DNA of 64,000 bases from Escherichia coli (GTDB lineage: Bacteria > Pseudomonadota > Gammaproteobacteria > Enterobacterales > Enterobacteriaceae). The stretch lies in assembly GCF_003018255.1 (NCBI RefSeq), contig NZ_CP027440.1. The stretch is one strand, 5' to 3'. Position 1 is the first letter of the stretch. Every line of letters begins with the position of its first letter. Below the pieces are notes generated by a model. It was not told where the DNA came from. It ran no database searches and worked only from the letters and a program-made list of their open reading frames with translations. Of this stretch, positions 56,207 to 64,000 are shown piece after piece. Position numbers and translations under genes: made by a program.

Positions 56207-56617
56207 ATGTACGCGGCAAAAGGCACCCAGGCCTATGCACAAATTGGCGTCGAAAGCGCCGTAATGAGCGCCAGCCAGCAACAGCTGGTCACCATGCTAT
56301 TTGATGGAGTGCTGAGCGCACTGGTTAGAGCGCGCCTGTTTATGCAGGACAACAATCAGCAAGGCAAAGGCGTCTCTTTGTCAAAAGCGATCAACATCAT
56401 TGAGAACGGGCTGCGGGTGAGTCTTGATGAAGAGAGCAAAGACGAACTAACCCAAAACTTGATTGCTCTTTATAGCTATATGGTCAGGCGCTTGCTGCAA
56501 GCCAATTTACGCAACGATGTCTCCGCAGTCGAAGAAGTGGAAGCATTAATGCGCAATATTGCCGATGCCTGGAAAGAGTCTTTACTCTCCCCTTCTTTGA
56601 TTCAGGACCCAGACTGA
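56207..56617 (+). CDS. fliS: Flagellin-specific export chaperone FliS
   Basis: 136 aa ORF directly after fliD. Confidence 0.97.
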
Positions 56618-56982
56618 TGAACAATGCACCGCATTTGTATTTCGCCTGGCAACAACTCGTCGAAAAAAGTCAGCTCATGTTACGCCTGGCGACAGAAGAA
56701 CAATGGGACGAACTCATCGCCAGCGAAATGGCGTATGTGAATGCGGTGCAGGAGATCGCACACCTGACTGAAGAGGTTGCCCCGTCCACCACGATGCAGG
56801 AGCAGCTCCGCCCGATGCTGCGCCTGATTCTCGACAACGAAAGCAAGGTAAAGCAGTTATTACAGATTCGGATGGATGAACTGGCGAAACTGGTCGGTCA
56901 GTCATCGGTGCAAAAATCGGTGTTAAGTGCCTATGGCGATCAGGGTGGCTTTGTGCTGGCTCCGCAGGATAACCTCTTTTGA
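56617..56982 (+). CDS. fliT: FliD chaperone and anti-FlhDC factor FliT
   Basis: 121 aa; start overlaps the fliS stop. Confidence 0.95.
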
Positions 56983-57059
56983 ATCTTAAAGAGCCAATGG
57001 CTCGCGAATAATCTGATTACGGCTACGCTTCTAATGTTCCCCTTGAATGGAGTCGAAGA

Positions 57060-58547
57060 ATGCGTAATCCCACGCTGTTACAATGTTTTCACTGGTATTA
57101 CCCGGAAGGCGGTAAGCTCTGGCCTGAACTGGCCGAGCGCGCCGACGGTTTTAATGATATTGGTATCAATATGGTCTGGTTGCCGCCCGCCTATAAAGGC
57201 GCATCGGGCGGGTACTCGGTCGGCTACGACTCCTATGATTTATTTGATTTAGGCGAGTTTGATCAGAAAGGCAGCATCCCTACTAAATATGGCGATAAAG
57301 CACAACTGCTGGCCGCCATTGACGCCCTGAAACGTAATGACATTGCGGTGCTGCTGGACGTGGTAGTCAACCACAAAATGGGCGCGGATGAAAAAGAAGC
57401 TATTCGCGTGCAACGTGTAAATGCTGATGACCGTACGCAAATTGACGAAGAAATCATTGAGTGCGAAGGCTGGACGCGTTACACCTTCCCCGCGCGTGCC
57501 GGGCAATACTCGCAGTTTATCTGGGATTTCAAATGTTTTAGCGGTATCGACCATATCGAAAACCCTGATGAAGATGGCATTTTTAAAATTGTTAACGACT
57601 ATACCGGAGAAGGCTGGAACGATCAGGTTGATGATGAACTCGGTAATTTCGATTATCTGATGGGTGAGAATATCGATTTTCGCAATCATGCCGTGACGGA
57701 AGAGATTAAATACTGGGCGCGCTGGGTGATGGAACAAACGCAATGCGACGGCTTTCGTCTTGATGCGGTCAAACATATTCCGGCATGGTTTTATAAAGAG
57801 TGGATCGAACACGTACAGGAAGTTGCGCCAAAGCCGCTGTTTATTGTGGCTGAATACTGGTCGCATGAAGTCGATAAACTGCAAACGTATATTGATCAGG
57901 TGGAAGGCAAAACCATGCTGTTTGATGCGCCGCTGCAGATGAAATTCCATGAAGCATCGCGCATGGGTCGCGACTACGACATGACGCAGATCTTCACTGG
58001 GACGCTGGTGGAAGCCGATCCTTTTCACGCCGTAACCCTCGTTGCCAACCACGACACCCAACCGTTGCAAGCCCTCGAAGCACCGGTCGAACCGTGGTTT
58101 AAACCGCTGGCGTATGCCTTAATTTTGTTGCGGGAAAATGGCGTTCCTTCGGTGTTCTATCCGGACCTCTACGGTGCACATTACGAAGATGTCGGTGGTG
58201 ACGGGCAAACCTATCCGATAGATATGCCAATAATCGAACAGCTTGATGAGTTAATTCTCGCCCGTCAGCGTTTCGCCCACGGTGTACAGACGTTATTTTT
58301 CGACCATCCGAACTGCATTGCCTTTAGCCGCAGTGGCACCGACGAATATCCCGGCTGCGTGGTGGTCATGTCGAACGGGGATGATGGCGAAAAAACCATT
58401 CATCTGGGAGAGAATTACGGCAATAAAACCTGGCGTGATTTTCTGGGGAATCGGCAAGAGAGCGTAGTGACCGACGAAAACGGCGAAGCGACCTTCTTTT
58501 GCAACGGCGGCAGCGTCAGCGTGTGGGTTATCGAAGAGGTGATTTAA
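57060..58547 (+). CDS. amyA: Cytoplasmic alpha-amylase (GH13)
   Basis: 495 aa, no signal peptide, GH13 conserved regions ([14 protein letters not shown]-type segments). Confidence 0.95.
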   Translation: MRNPTLLQCFHWYYPEGGKLWPELAERADGFNDIGINMVWLPPAYKGASGGYSVGYDSYDLFDLGEFDQKGSIPTKYGDKAQLLAAIDALKRNDIAVLLDVVVNHKMGADEKEAIRVQRVNADDRTQIDEEIIECEGWTRYTFPARAGQYSQFIWDFKCFSGIDHIENPDEDGIFKIVNDYTGEGWNDQVDDELGNFDYLMGENIDFRNHAVTEEIKYWARWVMEQTQCDGFRLDAVKHIPAWFYKEWIEHVQEVAPKPLFIVAEYWSHEVDKLQTYIDQVEGKTMLFDAPLQMKFHEASRMGRDYDMTQIFTGTLVEADPFHAVTLVANHDTQPLQALEAPVEPWFKPLAYALILLRENGVPSVFYPDLYGAHYEDVGGDGQTYPIDMPIIEQLDELILARQRFAHGVQTLFFDHPNCIAFSRSGTDEYPGCVVVMSNGDDGEKTIHLGENYGNKTWRDFLGNRQESVVTDENGEATFFCNGGSVSVWVIEEVI

Positions 58548-58553
58548 ATTCAT

Positions 58554-58572
58554 CCCCGGCGGCAAGCCGGGG
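58554..58572. terminator. Hairpin between convergent amyA and yedD (probable terminator)
   Basis: Stem ccccggc (58554-58560) / gccgggg (58566-58572), loop ggcaa; the flanking T-run is weak. Confidence 0.55.
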
Positions 58573-58580
58573 AGATTTCA

Positions 58581-58997
58581 TTACGGCAGTGGCGTCGGTA
58601 ACGGCGCTTTATCCAGCGCGGCGGCACACTCTGCCGTCGGGCGATCCACACGCTCCATCGTCATACCATCGTACTCAATGGTGTTACCGTCACGCTCAAC
58701 CTCGTACAGCTCACGTTTCACGGTAACGTTAGTGAGATCATCAGACATCAATGTCAACTTACCCGGCACGGCAATCACCCGCTGCCACTGACGGCAATCC
58801 AGGGTATCGCCCTCTTTAGTGACAATCAGGCTGCCTATCGCTTCCGGACTGACCAGCGCACTTTGCGGCCCTTTGGTCTGCCAGTAGCCCGCCAGCCAGT
58901 CCGGCGCGGGGGTTTTCACGACATTGTTATAGTTTTCGACTTCGGCACAGCCCGCCAGCAACATGAGCGCGCCTGCAATTGCGAGTTTTTTCATCAT
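58581..58997 (-). CDS. yedD: Lipoprotein YedD
   Basis: 138 aa with lipobox MMKKLAIAGALMLLAGC. Confidence 0.88.
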   Translation of the reverse strand: MMKKLAIAGALMLLAGCAEVENYNNVVKTPAPDWLAGYWQTKGPQSALVSPEAIGSLIVTKEGDTLDCRQWQRVIAVPGKLTLMSDDLTNVTVKRELYEVERDGNTIEYDGMTMERVDRPTAECAAALDKAPLPTPLP

Positions 58998-59180
58998 TCG
59001 TCCTGCATGAGAAGAAAAGAGGATTGTGGCATTAAAGCCCTGATGTCGCCAGCCTTTCCAGGTTCAGAGAGAAATTTGATCTAACTATTATTTTTGTGAA
59101 TTATTACCCCGAAAATAAATTTGCTTGATGTATGATTCGCAACTCTTGTTTCAAACCTTCTGAGTTCAGAGGCTACATAC

Positions 59181-60386
59181 ATGTCATGGCAGCAATTCAA
59201 ACACGCCTGGTTGATTAAATTCTGGGCCCCCATCCCTGCGGTCATCGCGGCGGGTATTCTCTCCACTTACTACTTTGGCATCACTGGCACCTTTTGGGCT
59301 GTCACGGGTGAATTTACCCGCTGGGGCGGTCAGCTTCTGCAGCTGTTCGGCGTCCATGCTGAAGAGTGGGGTTATTTTAAAATTATCCATCTGGAAGGAT
59401 CGCCATTAACCCGCATCGACGGCATGATGATCCTCGGTATGTTTGGCGGCTGCTTTGCTGCAGCGCTGTGGGCCAACAATGTCAAACTACGCATGCCACG
59501 CAGCCGTATCCGCATTATGCAGGCCATTATTGGCGGCATTATCGCTGGTTTTGGCGCGCGTCTGGCAATGGGCTGTAACCTGGCGGCGTTCTTTACCGGC
59601 ATTCCTCAGTTCTCGCTGCATGCCTGGTTCTTTGCCATCGCCACTGCCATTGGTTCATGGTTTGGCGCGCGCTTTACCCTGCTGCCCATCTTCCGTATTC
59701 CCGTGAAAATGCAGAAAGTTTCTGCCGCCTCACCGCTGACGCAAAAACCGGATCAGGCGCGGCGTCGTTTTCGTCTCGGGATGCTGGTCTTTTTCGGCAT
59801 GCTGGGCTGGGCGCTGCTCACGGCGATGAACCAACCAAAACTGGGGCTGGCAATGCTGTTTGGCGTCGGCTTTGGTTTACTGATTGAACGTGCGCAAATC
59901 TGCTTTACTTCGGCGTTCCGCGATATGTGGATCACCGGACGTACCCATATGGCGAAAGCAATCATTATCGGTATGGCGGTGAGTGCCATCGGGATCTTCA
60001 GTTACGTACAGTTAGGCGTTGAACCTAAAATCATGTGGGCGGGACCAAATGCGGTAATTGGTGGTTTACTTTTTGGTTTTGGCATCGTGCTGGCAGGCGG
60101 CTGCGAAACCGGCTGGATGTACCGCGCGGTAGAAGGCCAGGTGCACTACTGGTGGGTCGGTCTGGGCAACGTGATCGGCTCAACGATTCTGGCGTATTAC
60201 TGGGATGATTTCGCTCCGGCGCTGGCCACCGACTGGGACAAAATCAACCTGCTGAAAACCTTTGGTCCGATGGGTGGCCTGCTGGTGACATATTTGCTGT
60301 TGTTTGCAGCTCTAATGTTGATTATCGGCTGGGAAAAACGCTTCTTCCGCCGTGCGGCACCGCAGATTGCTAAGGAGATCGCATGA
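59181..60386 (+). CDS. yedE: YeeE/YedE-family inner membrane transporter (proposed selenium/sulfur compound transport)
   Basis: 401 aa polytopic membrane protein with duplicated conserved Cys-containing segments (GGCETGW); operonic with the TusA-like yedF. Confidence 0.88.
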   Translation: MSWQQFKHAWLIKFWAPIPAVIAAGILSTYYFGITGTFWAVTGEFTRWGGQLLQLFGVHAEEWGYFKIIHLEGSPLTRIDGMMILGMFGGCFAAALWANNVKLRMPRSRIRIMQAIIGGIIAGFGARLAMGCNLAAFFTGIPQFSLHAWFFAIATAIGSWFGARFTLLPIFRIPVKMQKVSAASPLTQKPDQARRRFRLGMLVFFGMLGWALLTAMNQPKLGLAMLFGVGFGLLIERAQICFTSAFRDMWITGRTHMAKAIIIGMAVSAIGIFSYVQLGVEPKIMWAGPNAVIGGLLFGFGIVLAGGCETGWMYRAVEGQVHYWWVGLGNVIGSTILAYYWDDFAPALATDWDKINLLKTFGPMGGLLVTYLLLFAALMLIIGWEKRFFRRAAPQIAKEIA

Positions 60387-60616
60387 AAAATATCGTTCCT
60401 GATTACCGTCTTGATATGGTGGGTGAACCCTGCCCTTATCCGGCTGTCGCAACCCTTGAGGCGATGCCGCAGTTAAAAAAAGGGGAGATCCTGGAAGTGG
60501 TGAGCGACTGTCCGCAGTCGATCAATAATATTCCACTGGATGCGCGTAATCACGGCTATACGGTGCTGGATATTCAGCAAGACGGGCCGACCATTCGTTA
60601 TTTAATTCAGAAGTAA
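60383..60616 (+). CDS. yedF: TusA-like sulfurtransferase-fold protein YedF
   Basis: 77 aa with the CPxP motif (GEPCPYP); start overlaps the yedE stop. Confidence 0.9.
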   Translation: MKNIVPDYRLDMVGEPCPYPAVATLEAMPQLKKGEILEVVSDCPQSINNIPLDARNHGYTVLDIQQDGPTIRYLIQK

Positions 60617-60724
60617 TCCCTCATTCCCGCTGTGGCCCACAGCGGGAACATCGTTACCACTCTATCACATAGATTTTACCCGCCCCCTCTCCTATTCTTT
60701 TCAGTGTGCTCTCAGGAGGTTTCT

Positions 60725-61393
60725 ATGTGTGGACGCTTTGCCCAATCCCAAACGCGTGAAGATTACCTCGCGTTTCTCGCGGAAGATATTGAACGCGATA
60801 TTCCCTACGATCCCGAACCTATTGGCAGATACAACGTCGCGCCGGGAACCAAAGTCCTTCTGCTCAGTGAACGTGATGAACACCTTCATCTGGATCCGGT
60901 TTTCTGGGGATATGCTCCCGGATGGTGGGATAAACCGCCGCTGATTAACGCCCGCGTAGAAACTGCCGCAACCAGTCGCATGTTTAAACCGCTCTGGCAA
61001 CACGGTCGGGCAATCTGTTTTGCCGATGGCTGGTTTGAGTGGAAAAAAGAAGGCGACAAAAAACAGCCTTATTTTATCTATCGCGCTGACGGACAACCTG
61101 TTTTTATGGCCGCGATAGGTAGCACACCGTTTGAGCGTGGTGACGAAGCCGAAGGATTTTTGATCGTCACTGCGGCGGCAGATCAAGGTCTGGTAGATAT
61201 TCATGACCGCCGCCCGCTGGTTCTGTCGCCAGAAGCTGTACGGGAATGGATGCGGCAAGAGGTTGGCGGTAAAGAAGCCTCAGAAATTGCTGCCAGTGGC
61301 TGTGTGCCAGCAAACCAGTTCACCTGGCACCCGGTATCGTGCGCGGTGGGTAATGTTAAAAACCAGGGAGCGGCGTTAATTCAACCTGTTTGA
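60725..61393 (+). CDS. yedK: SOS-response associated peptidase (SRAP) YedK; abasic-site DNA-protein crosslinking enzyme
   Basis: Real start MCGRFAQ at 60725, preceded by SD aggaggt at 60714-60720; the ORF-track start at 60632 is an upstream extension; 222 aa. Confidence 0.93.
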   Translation: MCGRFAQSQTREDYLAFLAEDIERDIPYDPEPIGRYNVAPGTKVLLLSERDEHLHLDPVFWGYAPGWWDKPPLINARVETAATSRMFKPLWQHGRAICFADGWFEWKKEGDKKQPYFIYRADGQPVFMAAIGSTPFERGDEAEGFLIVTAAADQGLVDIHDRRPLVLSPEAVREWMRQEVGGKEASEIAASGCVPANQFTWHPVSCAVGNVKNQGAALIQPV

Positions 61394-61503
61394 TAAGCCT
61401 GGAGATTATTGATCAACAATACTGCGTCATAAGAAATCTCTATTAGACAAAGATTTCAGTACCTGTTGGCATATTGCAAAAATAACACCAATACGGAATC
61501 GTC

Positions 61504-61983
61504 ATGTTCACGATTAAAACAGATGATCTCACCCATCCAGCAGTGCAAGCATTAGTGGCTTACCATATTTCCGGCATGCTGCAGCAGTCTCCCCCCGAAA
61601 GTAGTCATGCTTTAGATGTGCAAAAATTACGTAACCCGAAAGTGACATTCTGGTCAGTATGGGAAGGCGAACAACTCGCAGGAATTGGTGCGCTGAAGTT
61701 GCTGGATGATAAACATGGCGAACTGAAATCAATGCGTACCGCGCCAAATTATTTACGTCGGGGTGTCGCCAGTCTGATTTTACGCCACATTTTGCAGGTC
61801 GCCCATGACAGATGCCTTCATCGCCTGAGCTTAGAAACGGGTACACAGGCTGGATTTACGGCCTGCCATCAACTTTATTTGAAACATGGATTCGTTGATT
61901 GCGAACCGTTTGCTGATTATCAACTTGATCCGCACAGTCGATTTTTGTCATTGACGCTATGCGAAAATAATGAATTGCCATGA
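61504..61983 (+). CDS. yedL: GNAT-family N-acetyltransferase YedL
   Basis: 159 aa with acetyl-CoA binding motif (RRGVASLILRHIL). Confidence 0.88.
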   Translation: MFTIKTDDLTHPAVQALVAYHISGMLQQSPPESSHALDVQKLRNPKVTFWSVWEGEQLAGIGALKLLDDKHGELKSMRTAPNYLRRGVASLILRHILQVAHDRCLHRLSLETGTQAGFTACHQLYLKHGFVDCEPFADYQLDPHSRFLSLTLCENNELP

Positions 61984-61990
61984 GCCAGAC

Positions 61991-62032
61991 GCAGCACATT
62001 CTTGCATTCGACGTGCTGCGCCTTTATTTATT
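61991..62032 (+). terminator. Rho-independent terminator downstream of yedL
   Basis: Stem gcagcac (61991-61997) / gtgctgc (62013-62019) followed by a T-rich tract cctttatttatt. Confidence 0.65.
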
Positions 62033-62387
62033 ATCAGCCGCAAATGTCTTGTCCTTAGACGCTCTTTCCACATGCGCCACAAGAAACCTCTATTCCAGTG
62101 ACACAATTATGCCTGATTATTTCCCTAGCCCGGAATATGAATAAAAACATCAAATAAGATGAAATTATCAAAATATTAATGTTGCGTCTGAGGTCGTAAC
62201 AACATCCGACGTGGTGATATGTCAAATGAGACACTCTGATGGTCAAAGGGTTTATCGCGTTTACAGATCGTGGATGGCAGAAAACTTTCAGAATCAGGTT
62301 TCCATTTTAAACCAGAAATTAAGTGAGTTTGTCCCATCCATGCCCCACGCGGTGAGATCGGATGTAATCAACAACAGGTTACAAAAC

Positions 62388-62702
62388 CTACACCTGCATG
62401 CTCATCACTTCCTGATACGCCGCCACCAGCTTATTACGCACCTGAATCCCCATTTGCATTGAAACTGAGGCTTTTTGCATATCGGTCATCACATCGTTTA
62501 ACGCCACGCCGGGTTCACCGAGAGTGAATTTTTCTGCCTGCGTGCGGGCGGCTGTTTGTGTATCGCTTATGCGATCGAGCGCGGCGTGCAGCTGCCCGGC
62601 AAAACTAATGGTCGGTTGTGGCAGTGATTCCTGTGTACGCGCACTCATCGCCGTAGCCTGTAACTGGCTGATAACCCCTTCAATCCCCTGTATCGCTGAC
62701 AT
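62388..62702 (-). CDS. fliE: Flagellar hook-basal body protein FliE
   Basis: ORF 62388-62732; start placed at [22 protein letters not shown] (104 aa). Confidence 0.96.
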   Translation of the reverse strand: MSAIQGIEGVISQLQATAMSARTQESLPQPTISFAGQLHAALDRISDTQTAARTQAEKFTLGEPGVALNDVMTDMQKASVSMQMGIQVRNKLVAAYQEVMSMQV

Positions 62703-62916
62703 TTTCATCTCCCGGATAATTTCTGGCAGCAAAGCCTACCAGTAAGTCAATAAGACAAAGGCGCTAAATAGCAACAAAAAAACGGGTTTATTGGCGGATA
62801 GAAAAAAACGAAAGCACAAATAATGGGAGCGTCAATTTTTCGAGTTTGCTGACCCGGGAGTGAGTCTTGTTCCACTTTGCCAATAACGCCGTCCATAATC
62901 AGCCACGAGGTGCGCG

Positions 62917-64000
62917 ATGAATGCGACTGCAGCCCAGACAAAATCTCTTGAGTGGCTTAATCGCCTGCGTGCGAATCCGAAAATTCCATTGATTGTTGCC
63001 GGCTCCGCAGCAGTGGCGGTCATGGTCGCACTGATCCTGTGGGCGAAAGCCCCCGACTACCGCACATTATTCAGCAATCTTTCCGATCAGGATGGTGGCG
63101 CAATTGTCAGCCAACTGACGCAAATGAATATTCCTTACCGCTTCAGCGAAGCCAGCGGCGCTATTGAAGTTCCGGCAGATAAAGTTCACGAACTGCGCCT
63201 GCGCCTGGCGCAACAAGGTTTGCCCAAAGGCGGCGCGGTCGGTTTCGAACTGCTCGATCAGGAAAAGTTTGGTATCAGCCAGTTCAGCGAACAGGTGAAT
63301 TATCAGCGGGCGCTGGAAGGCGAGCTTTCTCGTACCATCGAAACTATCGGCCCGGTAAAAGGGGCGCGCGTACATCTGGCAATGCCGAAACCGTCTTTAT
63401 TCGTCCGTGAACAAAAATCCCCTTCTGCATCGGTGACGGTAAATCTGTTACCCGGCCGCGCACTCGATGAAGGGCAAATTAGCGCCATTGTACATCTGGT
63501 TTCCAGCGCGGTTGCTGGTCTGCCGCCGGGGAACGTCACGCTGGTGGATCAGGGTGGACATCTGTTAACCCAGTCCAATACCAGCGGGCGCGATCTTAAT
63601 GACGCTCAGTTGAAATATGCCAGCGATGTCGAAGGCCGGATTCAGCGGCGTATTGAAGCGATCCTGTCGCCAATTGTTGGTAACGGTAATATTCACGCCC
63701 AGGTCACGGCGCAACTGGACTTCGCCAGTAAAGAACAAACAGAAGAACAGTATCGCCCTAACGGTGATGAATCTCAGGCGGCGCTTCGTTCACGCCAGCT
63801 TAATGAGAGCGAGCAAAGCGGTTCCGGTTATCCAGGCGGCGTACCGGGGGCGTTGTCGAATCAACCGGCACCTGCGAATAACGCGCCAATCAGCACGCCT
63901 CCGGCAAATCAAAATAACCGCCAGCAGCAGGCGAGCACCACCAGCAATAGTGGGCCGCGTAGCACACAGCGTAATGAAACCAGTAACTACGAAGTCGATC
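62917..64000 (+). CDS. fliF: Flagellar MS-ring protein FliF, N-terminal part (continues past the window end)
   Basis: Open frame from ATG 62917 (MNATAAQTKSLEWLNRLRANPKIPLIVAGSAAV...) to the window edge with no stop; not in the ORF track because it lacks a stop; divergent from fliE. Confidence 0.95.
   Translation, partial: MNATAAQTKSLEWLNRLRANPKIPLIVAGSAAVAVMVALILWAKAPDYRTLFSNLSDQDGGAIVSQLTQMNIPYRFSEASGAIEVPADKVHELRLRLAQQGLPKGGAVGFELLDQEKFGISQFSEQVNYQRALEGELSRTIETIGPVKGARVHLAMPKPSLFVREQKSPSASVTVNLLPGRALDEGQISAIVHLVSSAVAGLPPGNVTLVDQGGHLLTQSNTSGRDLNDAQLKYASDVEGRIQRRIEAILSPIVGNGNIHAQVTAQLDFASKEQTEEQYRPNGDESQAALRSRQLNESEQSGSGYPGGVPGALSNQPAPANNAPISTPPANQNNRQQQASTTSNSGPRSTQRNETSNYEVD

Overview
This window reads as a canonical Escherichia coli chromosomal segment (about 42.5 to 43.5 min on the K-12 map) and I found no evidence of an undescribed biological system. 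Every substantial ORF has a well-known identity and the gene order is syntenic with E. coli throughout: yebC-nudB-aspS, yecD-yecE-yecN-cmoA-cmoB, torZ-torY, cutC-yecM, argS, then flagellar region II with the chemotaxis operons (flhEAB, cheZYBR-tap-tar, cheWA-motBA, flhCD), uspC, otsAB, araHGF, ftnB-yecJ-azuC-yecR-ftnA-yecH-tyrP-yecA, the leuZ-cysT-glyW tRNA cluster with pgsA, uvrC-uvrY, yecF, sdiA, tcyNL-dcyD-tcyJ, flagellar region IIIa (fliZ-fliA, fliC, fliDST), amyA, yedDEFKL and the start of region IIIb (fliE, fliF). Identifications rest on reading the translated ORFs against remembered protein sequences; no database search was run. The points worth a second look are strain-level differences from K-12 MG1655 as I recall it: a long fliC allele (579 aa) with a different central domain, no IS element upstream of flhDC, no gene between argS and flhE, and a compact yedL-fliE junction. 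Several ORF-track starts are upstream of the real start codons and are corrected below, and one real small protein gene (azuC) falls below the ORF-track length cutoff. No CRISPR array, integron, prophage or IS element was detected.
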